Below, in pieces: positions 12,176-23,197 of a DNA stretch of 64,000 bases. Every line of letters starts with the position of its first letter. Position 1 is the stretch's first letter. The notes under the pieces are model-generated. The model did not search any database, had not been told where the DNA came from, and saw nothing but the letters and a program-made list of their open reading frames with translations. This stretch comes from an uncultured delta proteobacterium (GTDB taxonomy: Bacteria; Desulfobacterota; Desulfobacteria; Desulfobacterales; Desulfatirhabdiaceae): assembly GCA_963789395.1 (NCBI GenBank), contig CAWBKP010000014.1, forward strand, positions 256,001 through 320,000. Direction: 5' to 3'. A program made the position numbers and the translations under genes.

Positions 12176-12289
12176 ATAAATTTACTTAACAATCGTTATA
12201 CTCATGCTTCCTTCGTGATGGGCTGTTATATAAATGCCAAATTGCGCCGATGCGGCTGTCGGCATTCCTATTCGGAATCAGATTCATCA

Positions 12290-12397
12290 TCAATCTGAAA
12301 GGTAAAAAAAGTACTGAGCGCTGGTATATTGACCGGTCAGCATTGCGCTCAACCGGTTCCGGATATCGGTTTCGTCATCCACTATAAGAATTCTCAT
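12290..12397 (-). pseudogene. N-terminal fragment of a response-regulator receiver domain
   Basis: MRILIVDDETDIRNRLSAML followed by an early stop. Confidence 0.55.
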
Positions 12398-12428
12398 CGC
12401 GCAAGCTTCCAAAATTCCATGAACCCGA

Positions 12429-13628
12429 TCATCGTGCCGGCTGCATAGCCGGCTGCAAAGCCAACCCTCCAAGCGCAATCACACAGAATGCAGCCCCTGC
12501 GTAAAACGTGGCCGATGCTCCGAGTCGATCCCACAGGAGCCCCGCGACAGCACTGGCCAGGAGCATGGCAATTCCGCTTACCAGATTAAAGAAGCCAAAG
12601 GCCGTCCCTCTCAGATCGGCAGGTGCCGTGTCCGCAACCATCGTTGCGAACAGGCCCTGGGTGATGCCCATATGAACGCCCCAGAGCGAGACGCCGGCCA
12701 GTATAACGCCCCAACGATTACTTGAGGCCATCACCATATCCGCCGCGACCAATACGACAAGCCCGAGCGCCAGTAATTTTGAGTGACTCATGTGATCAGA
12801 GAGTTTGCCGAACGGATAGGCCGACAGCGAGTAGATCAAGTTCATCGCCACCATTACCAGTGGTACCAACGCGACCGGCACACCGCTCTGCTGTGCGCGC
12901 AGCACCAGAAACGCCTCACTGAACCGGGCAAGTGTGAAAGTCGCGCCAATACAGACAACCCACCAATACGCGGCTCCGAGTCGTCGAAGATTCTCCCGGC
13001 GAATCGGATTCGTGCGTTTCTCGGTCTGATGATGCGCTGGATTGCGCAAGCCGAACACAAGGAGCGTGACGGCTGCCAGACCCGGAATAACCGCAACCCA
13101 GAACACGGCCCGGAAATCATTGGCCGTCAGCAGCATCAAACCGACGGCAGACAACGGCCCAAGGAAGGCTCCCACAGTATCGAGGGACTGCCGCAGACCA
13201 AAAGCAGCACCGCGTAAATGCGGCGGCGCTATGTCGGCGACCATGGCATCGCGAGGCGCACCACGCATGCCTTTTCCGATTCGATCCAGCAGCCGGGCAG
13301 CCAACACAACATCAACGGTTGGAGCAATGGCAAAGAGGGGTTTGGTCAACGCACCTAAAGCGTAACCGAACACGGCAAGTCCCTTGCGCTTGCCCAGGTA
13401 GTCGCTCAGCGACCCGGAAAATATTTTAACAATCAGCGCAGCGGACTCCGCCAGCCCTTCAATCAAGCCGACTGCAAAGGCGCTTGCGCTCAGCGTCGTA
13501 ACCATGAACAATGGCAATAGACTGTGTATCATCTCCGAGGAGATGTCCATTAACATACTCACAAAGCCGAGCACCCACACCCCTGACGGAATCTTATTCA
13601 GACCGGTGTTGATATTTTCGGTGTGCAC
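12429..13628 (-). CDS. MFS transporter
   Basis: About 12 TM segments; GSLSDYLGKRK, DRIGKGMRGAPRDA, GKLSD motifs. Confidence 0.9.
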   Translation of the reverse strand: MHTENINTGLNKIPSGVWVLGFVSMLMDISSEMIHSLLPLFMVTTLSASAFAVGLIEGLAESAALIVKIFSGSLSDYLGKRKGLAVFGYALGALTKPLFAIAPTVDVVLAARLLDRIGKGMRGAPRDAMVADIAPPHLRGAAFGLRQSLDTVGAFLGPLSAVGLMLLTANDFRAVFWVAVIPGLAAVTLLVFGLRNPAHHQTEKRTNPIRRENLRRLGAAYWWVVCIGATFTLARFSEAFLVLRAQQSGVPVALVPLVMVAMNLIYSLSAYPFGKLSDHMSHSKLLALGLVVLVAADMVMASSNRWGVILAGVSLWGVHMGITQGLFATMVADTAPADLRGTAFGFFNLVSGIAMLLASAVAGLLWDRLGASATFYAGAAFCVIALGGLALQPAMQPAR

Positions 13629-14352
13629 TATAATTTTCCTTGTCGGGTCTGAAGATACGACAGAAATACATGCCGAACACTTTGTCTGAAATGGTCAAGT
13701 TTCAAATTTTAAGTAGTCTCCAATCCCAGCTGTCCCTGCATTCCGGTCGGCTGCAAAATCTAATAGCAAATCGTGGATCTCGTGTCTTCCCTTTGGGTCA
13801 AGCTTATTGGTGGGGTCGTCCTGAATAGGGAGTCCGGGTTGCTGCACCAAAGCTCTATCGACGACCAGGCGTTGTTTCATTCCTCTGGAATTGGCTGATA
13901 TGGGCGGATGTTTGGCCAAAGGTATTTTCCGCCCGGGTCGATCCGCATTGTTTCTTCCGGCCCGTCCCCGGTAACACATGATTTACAAACGCATTAACAG
14001 AAGCACCAAGGGCAATTGCATGATGAAGAAAATGTGAAGGCAGGGCAAGCATTTCCCCTTCTGTCCATCTATCCGCACGGTTGCCCACCCAGATATGACG
14101 GGAATATGAAAGTTATAGAAAGTAAACAAGCGATATAGCAAACTTTCCAATTCTTCAAGGTTTTTCTCGAAACCCTTTCGAACTCAACAAATCAAATAGC
14201 CATCAAAATAGTTGTTGTTCTGTCCCGAATGGTGGGCAACGTCTATAATGAAAATCACCGGTTCATCCGGTGTCTTTTTTTGATAAAATTAAGTGCGGTT
14301 TTCCCAGAATTGCAGAATTGTCCAACCAGTAACAACTTAAACAATTAACAGC

Positions 14353-14940
14353 CTATTCGCCTACTTCTTTCGGCGGGACGGGAAAAATGTTCAGTATTTT
14401 GCATTGGGACAGCCGCCGGTGAACCCGAAATCCCATTTTGCTGTGAAGACGATAGGAGACATCCCAGTTGCTGTACATTCCGGAAACCATATGGCTGAAG
14501 CCCTGATCACGTACAGCCGCTAAAAGTGACCCCAGCAGACAAGTGCCAACACCCTTTCCGGCTGCTTCCGGATGCACGTAGATGTATTCCAGATATGACC
14601 AGCCGGGCGGCAGTTTCAGGGTGTACCAGATCGCCATCCTGAAATCGCGGAATGTCACCCAGGCAAAGGCCCGCAATTGATCTGCTTCCTCAAATAGAAG
14701 GCATCGGTCACCGCTTCGCAGGGATTCTTCCATGAAATCGATCTCCTTGACAAAGCCTTCCAGGGCGTTAATCGCAAACAAATCTTTTTTCCCCGCCCAT
14801 CGCATGAAAAGGTTCTCCGGTGGATTTCCAGGATAGATAGGCTCGCGAAGATCCCTGACCATCTCGATCCATTCTTCACAGGGCTGCATCTTGTGTGCAA
14901 TACGTTTTATGGATTCCCTAAACAATGCCATCGGATTCAA
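14353..14940 (-). CDS. GNAT-family N-acetyltransferase
   Basis: YIYVHPEAAGKGVG acetyl-CoA binding motif A and N..S..LH.KMGF motif B. Confidence 0.8.
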   Translation of the reverse strand: MNPMALFRESIKRIAHKMQPCEEWIEMVRDLREPIYPGNPPENLFMRWAGKKDLFAINALEGFVKEIDFMEESLRSGDRCLLFEEADQLRAFAWVTFRDFRMAIWYTLKLPPGWSYLEYIYVHPEAAGKGVGTCLLGSLLAAVRDQGFSHMVSGMYSNWDVSYRLHSKMGFRVHRRLSQCKILNIFPVPPKEVGE

Positions 14941-14960
14941 TTATTCCAGCAGTTATCGTT

Positions 14961-16145
14961 TCAGATCTGAAAATACATAAGCAATCGAGACAGAACTTCC
15001 TTTATCCGGTCGAACAAGGTTGGAACCTCTTCCATCCCGCTACCGGAGTCTGAATTCAGGTTTTTCCAATACCTTTTATAAACGCGTTTGACCCGCCACA
15101 AGACATATTTCATCTTTTTCGGGTCTGCCGTGGCCATTATTTCCAGCGGGTCGGTGAACTGAATGTCCGCCAGTTCGATCAGAACCTCCCGCACCGAATC
15201 TTTGAGCCCTTCGAGATTATAGCCCCCCTCCAACGCCATGACCACCTTGCCTTTGCAACAATGCTCGGCGAGTTGCAGGATGGAACGCGTCATTGCAGCA
15301 AACCCCTTGGGAGTCACCATCATCCCGCCCAATGAGTCCTGGTAATGAATGTCGAAACCGGCGCTGACCAGTATAAACTCCGGTTCAAACTCAAGTGCGA
15401 TCGGTCTTAAGATTTTTTCGAACAAAGTCAGGTAATCGCCGTCTCCAAAGCCTGGAAGAAGCGGGATGTTCACGGTATATCCTTTTCCGGCCCCCTTGCC
15501 GATTTCCCGCATGCTGCCGCTTCCCGGATAAGAAAAAGACTCGTGAATCGAAAAGAAAAGTACAGTCGGATCATCTTCAAAACAGTGCTGTGTGCCGTTT
15601 CCATGATGAAGGTCCCAGTCGACTATGAGGATACGCGAAATGCCGAGGGTATGCTGGGCGTATCGTGCGGCAACCGCCACATTATTGTACAGACAAAAAC
15701 CTTTGGCTTTATTGCGCTCTGCGTGATGACCGGGCGGTCGAACCAGGGCGAATGCATTATCCAGAAGACCTTTTTCGACCTGCTCCACAGCCAGGCACAG
15801 GCCCCCTGCAGCCAGAAGGGCAGCTTTATGGGAAAGCGGCGATGTGACGGTATCCGGGTCCAGGTAGACACATTTCCCCTCGGTGGCTTCCAGTCGGCTG
15901 ATATGGTCCTGAGAATGGACCTGGAGCAACTCGTCTTTTTCGGCCCTTCGGGGGATGATTTCGTAAAACAGGTCATGCGATTCGAACGCATCGAGCATAT
16001 TATAAATCACTTCGAGTCGTTCTGGGCATTCCGGGTTGTTCTGTTCCATGCAATGGCCTGCGTATCTCGGGTCTCTGATGATACCGGTTCTTTTTCTATC
16101 ACCCGTGCATCTTCGCTTTGCCACTGTCTTAGTTTGAATTTTCAC
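14961..16145 (-). CDS. Zn-dependent histone deacetylase-family (HDAC/AcuC-like) amidohydrolase
   Basis: RPPGHHA, GFC, DWDLHHGNGTQ, SAGFD, LEGGY motifs all intact. Confidence 0.93.
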   Translation of the reverse strand: MKIQTKTVAKRRCTGDRKRTGIIRDPRYAGHCMEQNNPECPERLEVIYNMLDAFESHDLFYEIIPRRAEKDELLQVHSQDHISRLEATEGKCVYLDPDTVTSPLSHKAALLAAGGLCLAVEQVEKGLLDNAFALVRPPGHHAERNKAKGFCLYNNVAVAARYAQHTLGISRILIVDWDLHHGNGTQHCFEDDPTVLFFSIHESFSYPGSGSMREIGKGAGKGYTVNIPLLPGFGDGDYLTLFEKILRPIALEFEPEFILVSAGFDIHYQDSLGGMMVTPKGFAAMTRSILQLAEHCCKGKVVMALEGGYNLEGLKDSVREVLIELADIQFTDPLEIMATADPKKMKYVLWRVKRVYKRYWKNLNSDSGSGMEEVPTLFDRIKEVLSRLLMYFQI

Positions 16146-16445
16146 TTATAAGGACAACTGTCTGGTGTTACATGTCAATTTGGCCGATCTTGAAAAACCC
16201 TGTTCCCATCCCCCCCGGAATTCCAAGAAGAATAACTCTGATACGTTTTTAAACCATTACATGTTTTCCGTGTATCAGCCAAACAAAAATTTCTATCGTT
16301 TCTCTGGATATCTTTCCAACATGAATTATTAATCCGTATATCGTGCAAGTAAAATGAATTTTGCAGATTCTGGATACATTAGGCACAACTTTTCTTGCAT
16401 GATCAGGCATCAAATTTTCAATTAAGACAAGTTTCCAATTGTATT

Positions 16446-16491
16446 GGTATCCATAAAAAAACTGGAAAGCGAATACTCAACCTGTGATAAC
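16446..16491 (-). repeat. Module-border repeat, copy 1 of 6
   Basis: + strand GGTAT CCATA AAAAAA CTGG AAAGCGAATA CTCAACC TGT-GATAAC, co-linear with the other copies (one-base gap). Confidence 0.8.
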
Positions 16492-16809
16492 ATAATCAGA
16501 AGTTGAACCTTTTGCTTCATTCAGCAATTTTCTGACCATTTCGGCAATATCCCTTGTTGCTACAGGCTTAAAAATCTTGAGATCTCTTTACTGCATGAGA
16601 TTTTGAGACTTCACCACCTCTTTGATGCAGTCAAATCTGTAGGCACATGCCTGTTTTTGTGATCGCTGAAGATGACTGCGCGATGCGGCTTTGTGCGGAA
16701 TCGTGTGCTTTCTTAGCCGAAACCCAAGTTTCAGCGCATCGATCGGAGCACGCATCAAGCCTCCCACCTGCCCACAATAAGAATAGTCAGAGAATCCGCA
16801 TGCTCGACT

Positions 16810-17149
16810 CTACCTCTTGAGATCACTGAGCAGGTTGCGAAACTCGGGGTTTTCGCGTAATAACTGGCGTCCGGCCTCAATCAGCCTGTCCACCTGCTCG
16901 TCGGTTGGATCAAAAGAAGTAGGAACTTTATTGAAGAATATTCACCGATCCGGGTTCGGGAAATCAGCGAAAGTGACTTAAATAAAATACGGGGTTAAGG
17001 GTTTCTCGGGCGTCGACAGCTCCGCTTCCCATCTTGCCAGACTCTGTTTTCATCGACTCGATGGTCGTCGCGTTGTAGCGAAGAAGCTGAACCGAGCTCA
17101 TCGCATTGATGGTCTCTTCCAGTGGCGGCTGCTGGATGGTAAGGTCCAT
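16810..17149 (-). pseudogene. C-terminal remnant of a patatin-like phospholipase family protein
   Basis: Frames join ...PPLEETINAMSSVQLLRYNATTIE... to FFNKVPTSFDPTDEQVDRLIEAGRQLLRENPEFRNLLSDLKR*. The N-terminal catalytic part is absent. Family recognised from memory. Confidence 0.6.
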
Positions 17150-17197
17150 GAATTGTTTCGCCCCATTTTATATTTTGGCGTGCTTCGAATTTCCAAT

Positions 17198-19806
17198 TTA
17201 GTTACTCCCTGCATCTTCCACCAAAGAGGCGTCCCTATCCGAAAGGAGAGCGTCCTGCTTGGATGTCACAACGGGTTCCTGCAGCAGATGCACATCCCGC
17301 TGGGGAAAGGGAAACGACATTCCCGCAGCCCGCAATGCATCATACAGGGCAATGGCCAGATCGCTGATGACCCATCGCCAGTGTTCAAACTCGTCCGTCC
17401 ACGCCCGCAGTTCAAAGTTGATGGAATTGTCCCCGTAAGCCACCATGATCCCCCGGGGCGCCGGACTTGGCAGCACTTTCGGATGCAGGAGTGCCGTTGC
17501 TTCCAGAATTTTGATGACCTCCCGCGGCGCAGCACCGTAGTTAACACCCACCGGCAGTGCAATGCGCCGCAATTTATCGTTGAGGGTCCAGTTGGTCACT
17601 TTCTCCGTAACAAGCTGCGCATTGGGAACGATGATATCCGATCCCTGCCGGGTGCGCACGATACTGGCGCGCATGCCGATCCGGCGGACCTTTCCCAGGA
17701 GATCGCCCACTTCGACCATGTCATCCACATGGATCGGCTGCTCGAAGAGCAAAATCAGGCCGGAGACAAAGTTATTCACCACACTTTGCAATCCGAAGCC
17801 GATACCGACGCCGAACGCGCCGATCAGCACCGTCACCTGAGTCAGGCTCACCCCCAACACCCCTGCGGCAATCACAAACCCGAGGGCAAGGATGGTGTAG
17901 TTGAGAAGGCTCGATAGGGCATAGGACAGGCCAATCGGAAGCCCGGCGCGGGGGTAGATATCCTCCTGAAGCACAAAACGGATCAGTTTGGAAAACAGGT
18001 ACGCCCCATACACCGTAAGAAAAAAAGCGAAAATGTTGCCGACTGAAGTGCTGAAAGAAGCCCCGCCCAGCTTCACGGCCAGGATCTCCTGTCCGAAGTT
18101 CAGGGTTGCATCCAGCAATCCGACATAGTCCAGATAACGAACTGCGCAAATGATCATCGCCATCCACCGAAGAAACAGAAAGAAGCGCCTTTCCAGAAGA
18201 TCCCGGTATTGCAGAACCATCCGAAGCCGTATGAACGGCCATACGCGAAGCGCAAAGGCCGCCACGCCCTGCAGAACCTTGACAACTGCGTAAAATGTCA
18301 GAGACAGTGTGCTGAAGACAAGAGCGCCGGGTGACAGCAGGCGTGCCAGACGCAGGTATCCCAGCACCGAGGCGGCGAGTCCGGCTGCAAAGACAATCAT
18401 GCCGAAGAAAGCCACCACCTTAATGATACGCCCCCTGGCAGCGCCGGCATCCGGTTCAGGTATGCTGCGGACATGCCCGGCATACAGGAACCATCCGAGC
18501 AAGGGCATTGCCACGATGCTTTCCAGGGTGAGGGTCCACTGCTCAAGCAGGGGCACCGCCATCAAGGCCTGGCGGACACTGTCAAGGACGAAAAGGCTGA
18601 CCAGCACAATAATTGCGGAGACCACGGTCGGATAGATCATCGGACGGATCAGACGGATCATCGGCGCCAGGGCCAGGAGTTCCAAGATTTGCTTCACATT
18701 GGCCGGCGCTGTCGAGTAGGGTCCGGAAGCCATTAACAAAGCGACCATCAGTGCTGTTGCGAAGGGACGATCAAACACCAGGCCGGAAGATGCGTCCGCT
18801 TGGCCGGCCGCCACCCAGCGGAGCACTTTTCGCCGGACGGCCAGTAACATCAGCATCACTGTCGCAAAAATCCCCACATGAATCGGTAGCCCCCTGGAAG
18901 GCTCACGCAGATAGACCATGGTGTCCGCCCGGTATGTACTGGCAACTCCGGCAAGAATGGATGGCGCAACCTTGAGGGCCTGAACCCACGCGTTCTCGTT
19001 CCAGCTCAGGGACCGCCCCCGCTCAAAAATTCCTCCGACGGTTGCGTTCTGGGCTGCGCTGATCTGAGCCAGGACTGTCTGGCACCGGGTTGTTTCAGAA
19101 GCCACCCGATTCTGAAGATCTAGGACGTCGGTTGCCTTCAACTGAAGCAGCTCCTGTTCCTCCTGGAGAGTGGCGATTGTCGCATCGATCTGCCCAAGTA
19201 CAGGGGCGGGAGCCTGCGCAATCTGTGCGGCGCTGCGGGTCAATGCCCATGTCTTTACATGCTCCGGCAGCTGATTCAGCGCATCCTGGACTAGGGTGGC
19301 CCGCTCCGTGAGCGTGTTAAGCCAGTCCCTTGTTTGCCGCTCCAGCCCTTGCCAGAGTTGCTGTTGAGACTGCAGCACCGCCAGGGGGGCATCCTCCTGA
19401 ATGATTTTCCGGGTCTTTTCCCCCGTGCTCCGATCGTATTGCTCACGCCGGGAAGCATCAACCGGATTTTTTCTATCTCAGCGCTGGGAGGCAGTTTTAT
19501 GGCGTAAGAACGCAGGAGATTTGACACATCCATGGCCCGCGTTGCGACATCCGGCAAGGGAATTGCCGCCGGAGCCGATGGCGCGAGGACTTTCGGATGT
19601 GCCGAAGATTCCGAAGGTTTAGAAGGCGCAGGTGTCGCAGGCTCTGTCGCCCTCAGGGGCGTGGTCGGCAGTATCCACAAGGCGGCCCAAAGAAACGTGA
19701 TCAGCACCCACAGCATGCCCGGCACCCTGCGGGCATTCCGATATCGATTCTTCAGCAATTGCATCCCTCTCCGGTGTTGTCCGGGATCTTTATGGTTGAT
19801 GGACAT
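17198..19806 (-). CDS. Large MscS-family (MscK-like) mechanosensitive channel (frameshift near 19430)
   Basis: GAFGVGIGFGLQSVVNNFVSGLILLFE, IVPN, FPFPQRD motifs. The signal peptide and Pro-rich N-terminus are in ORF 19291..19806; the exact start is uncertain. Confidence 0.88.
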
Positions 19807-19815
19807 CGATCCGGA

Positions 19816-20157
19816 TCAAAACCCAGGATGGAAACCGCCGGGGCCGGCGGCATAACAGCCATCACCGCCATCCGGGCAGATCACCACATAGGTGTGACGC
19901 TGTCCGCAACCGGCCACCCCGACAGTATATTCGGCCCGTTGAATCCCATTTACCCAGGGCCCCTGGAGAGCGGGCTGGATGACTTCCTGAGATATGATGG
20001 TGGCGGTCGCCGTCGGGCAGTTCATCTCGAATCGCGCCCGATTCAAAACCGTCTCCGTTGCCATCGGCTGTTTGGTGTTAAGAAACTGGGCCTGGGTGGC
20101 GCATCCCGTCACGGTCAGTAGGGTAATAAGCGCCAGAAGTACACAGGACGTTTTCAT
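19816..20157 (-). CDS. Putative lipoprotein with four further Cys
   Basis: RBS AGGAG, MKTSCVLLALITLLTVTG-C lipobox-like signal. Confidence 0.75.
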   Translation of the reverse strand: MKTSCVLLALITLLTVTGCATQAQFLNTKQPMATETVLNRARFEMNCPTATATIISQEVIQPALQGPWVNGIQRAEYTVGVAGCGQRHTYVVICPDGGDGCYAAGPGGFHPGF

Positions 20158-20333
20158 ATGAAGTCTCCTTTTCTCAACTATTAGAAAATATTGAGACATT
20201 TTTTTGATTTAAAAGCGTCGACCTGCAGTTATTGGATGATTGCGTAGCCACCGGACGGAAACGTCTTAGTCAATTTTTGCCCCTGCCGCCAGGTTTGGTT
20301 GAAAAAGGTAAAATTTTTTCAGCCCCTGCCATG

Positions 20334-20360
20334 AAAAAAATCCTTCCCAAAAAGGGGGAT
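20334..20360 (-). terminator. Possible intrinsic terminator
   Basis: Minus strand ATCCCCC-TTTTT-GGGAAGGAT followed by a T run, downstream of the Gly-rich gene. Confidence 0.4.
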
Positions 20361-20384
20361 GCATTTTCACTTTAAAAGTCCGAA

Positions 20385-21144
20385 TCAGGGCGTAGGCACC
20401 ACGACGTAGTAGACGCCGTTGGCGCCATAGGACGGCTTGAACCAGGTGTTGCCGCACAGGTAATATGTCGTGCCCTGGACGCTGGGTGTGGCGCAGCCTG
20501 CGGGCAGCGTGGCATAGATCGCGCCCATGGTATATACCCCTGCGCTGCCGGCGGCAACCCCCGCAGAGTATGCGGCAGAGGTGTTGGCGCTGCCGGCGGC
20601 AACACCTGCGCTGTAGGCGCTGGAAGTTGCCGCTGCGGTATTTGACGAGGCAATGGCCGCGCCTGTGACCATGACCGACTGCTGCGCCTGCGGCAGCGGC
20701 TCCGGCGGTGGACCAGCCCCCGCAGTTATAGCACCCGGAACCATAGTAATTCACGGTGGCGGGCGGATGGTACGCCGGGTAGACGGCTGCGGGCGGATGG
20801 TAGTACGCTCCCCCATAGTGGGCGTCGCCGTAAGCTGTCCCGCCATAGGCGCCGGTCTTCGACCAGCCGCCGCCATAGGCATGGGATGCGCTGCCGCCGT
20901 ATGCATTGGTATGGGTGGTGCCTTCCCCATAGGTGCGAGTACTGCCGCCGTACTCATTGGTATGGGAAGTGCCTTCACCGGCGGTGTGCGACGTGCTGGT
21001 GCCCCACGCGCTGGTGTGGCTCGTGGATCCATAGCTGTGCGATGTGCTGCCGCCAAATCTGTCTCCGTGACACCAGCCTGCGGCAGGTCCGCTCGGAAGC
21101 GCTGCGAGCACAAGCGCCACAAAGCAAATAAAGATCGTTTTCAT
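20385..21144 (-). CDS. Secreted Gly/Ser/Thr/His-rich repeat protein (frameshift near 20675)
   Basis: Signal peptide, imperfect repeats GGSTSH..GEGT(S/T)HTN.YGG, then a frame switch to MVTGAAIASS...YYLCGNTWFKPSYGANGVYYVVVPTP. Confidence 0.7.
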
Positions 21145-21158
21145 GATGTGCTACCTCC

Positions 21159-22052
21159 TTACTTGGTTTTGCCTGTGGTTTTGGATGACTTGCTCTTTGC
21201 CGGGGGGCTGGCATCTGCCGGACGTTTTGCATCCGGATGGGCAAAGGGCATGGGGTTTGCGCTGCCTGCGCCTGCTGAAGCAAAGGCATCCGCCGGGACG
21301 GCAACATCGAGCTGCCAGTTGGAGAGCTCCAGGTCATGGCGCAGGTGCGCCAGGTCATTGCGGTATACCCCGCGTATTCTCCGGGGCAGTTTGTCCTCTG
21401 CGCCGATCCATACCTGTATGAACACGTTGTCGTTGGCAAATGCCACCATGTCGGTCGTCGTTCCGCCGACGATCTGGGACTGGCCGATATAAAAGGCAAG
21501 GATCAACCCTTCGGACAAATCCTTGTAAGGGTCGGCTACTATCACGTCCGTGAACGGGAAATAGATCGCGGCGGTGTCAAAGGCTGACTTCAGCGCCGCA
21601 TCGATCGTGGTCGGAGCCTCTGCAACGGCGACCAGGTTCTCGGCAGGCGCAAAGGCCGTCATGGTTTTGCCGTTATAGTAGAACTCCGAAGCCGGGCCAT
21701 CTCCGGGGGTTATCACCCGCAGCTTGTCGGGCCGCTGCAGGGTGACTTCGGACTTGTCGTGTAGACAAGGGGCGGGCCAAGGCGGCTCGGGCTCTCGTAG
21801 GAGACCACGGCCGTAAAGCTCATCGTGCGGGCGGCGGCAAGGCGGCTGCATGAAGCCTTCAGAATGTCGATGGCCTTGGGTTCAAGGACGAGCTGGACTT
21901 CGGGCGGCGCCTCAACCTTGCTCTGCGATTTGGCGGGCTTGGATGCCTTCGGTGCTTTCTGGGACTGCTGGGCATTTCCGCTCGCGGTCAGAAATGCGAC
22001 CAGCACGAGCGCGCCCAACAGCGTGCGCCCGAGATGCCAGGGCCCGATTCAT
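21159..22052 (-). CDS. DUF2092-family periplasmic protein (frameshifts near 22035 and 21755)
   Basis: Joins ORF 21713..22018 (EPKAIDILKA..RLAAARTMSF) to 21159..21851 (LQRPDKLRV, QVWIG..DKLPRR, LSNW), which is the DUF2092 pattern. Confidence 0.75.
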
Positions 22053-22099
22053 CCTGCCCCCGTGCAAGTGATGCAATTGGGTTCCTCCTCCGGGGCCGC

Positions 22100-22388
22100 T
22101 CATGGCAGCAACCCGCATTCAAACATCTTGTTCGCGATGGGGGCTGCGACTTTGTTGATGAATGCCTGGCGCATCTGGGGATCATTCTGCAGCATCTGGA
22201 TGGCTCTCTGCTCCATTTCCGATTCAGGCTGGCCTTTCTTTTGCCACAGCTGCTCGCAGGTCGACTGCTGATACTTCTGGATGACTTTGTTGGCGATCAT
22301 GTCCAGAAGAGGGTAATCCTGGGCGCCAGCGATTCCGGCGCAAAACAACACCAATACCACTCCCATCAACACAAGAATGTCTGTTCAT
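22100..22388 (-). CDS. Small secreted hypothetical protein
   Basis: RBS AAGGAG before ATG 22388 (one base out of frame with ORF 22100..22372); signal peptide ending AGA-Q; helical domain with two Cys. Confidence 0.7.
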
Positions 22389-22680
22389 GTCTTTCTCCTT
22401 TCTGAAATTATGATCGAATTGAAAATGCATTCGGAAAACATAAAAACATTTGTCAGCCACAAAGCTCATAAAATGACAACGTCACCTTTTAGAAAGTGGG
22501 ATTGAGGTGATGCGGCCAAGGTAAAATGGACACAGACTTAAAAAGCATATATGGATAAATCTGTCAAGAGGGCGCAGAGGCGATGGCGGCAGGGTGGGAG
22601 GATCTGAACGCTATACGAAATGTAATATGCAAGCATTTTCAGAAGGCATTGTTCATCAGAATTCCGTTGACGATACTTTT

Positions 22681-22727
22681 GGTATTGTAAAGAAAACCAA
22701 CCTGTGAATATTTGTGCTTTGGATAAC
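22681..22727 (-). repeat. Module-border repeat, copy 2 of 6
   Basis: GGTAT TGTAA AGAAAA CCAA CCTGTGAATA TTTGTGC TTTGGATAAC. Confidence 0.85.
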
Positions 22728-22801
22728 ATATCCTTGAGATCGGATCTTCGAAAGGGTTTGCCGCAAGAGACAGAGAGGAACCATATTATAACATTGAAAC
22801 T

Positions 22802-23176
22802 TCATTTAGCCAGAACATGATTTGTTGTCACATCAGCAATCAATTTATTGCCTTCACCGAACACTGTTGTCCTTACAATACTCACTGTCTTACCTTTCTT
22901 AATGAAGGAGGACACCGCCTTGAAGGTACCCTCAGGCTGGTTGCTGGCAAAATTGCCATTCAGATTAATGGCCAGCGGAAACCCCTTCTGTCCCTCGGCC
23001 GCATGAGGAGATCCTAACACCAGAACAGTTGCGCAAACATCTGCTAACCACAGTATTGCCCCGACATGAACAACTCCATAAGGGTTTTTTATGCCTGTGT
23101 GAATAGGCATTTCTCCTGTGACTTTATCTTTGGACTGTTCGATAATTGAGAATTGAATTGATCCTTCAAATTCCAT
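22802..23176 (-). CDS. PaaI-family hotdog-fold thioesterase
   Basis: NPYGVVHVGAILWLAD resembles the PaaI NxxGxxHGG..AD motif; 124 aa. Confidence 0.85.
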   Translation of the reverse strand: MEFEGSIQFSIIEQSKDKVTGEMPIHTGIKNPYGVVHVGAILWLADVCATVLVLGSPHAAEGQKGFPLAINLNGNFASNQPEGTFKAVSSFIKKGKTVSIVRTTVFGEGNKLIADVTTNHVLAK

Positions 23177-23197
23177 ATCTCATCCTTTCGATTGAGT

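Noticed and set aside
13640..14200. Short minus-strand ORFs between the MFS and GNAT genes
   Set aside because: No recognisable family, RBS or consistent frame.
14239..14290. Possible seventh copy of the border motif (also GGTAT-N5-AAAAAA at about 53185)
   Set aside because: Only one block matches and the spacing to the GATAA block is wrong or the block is missing.
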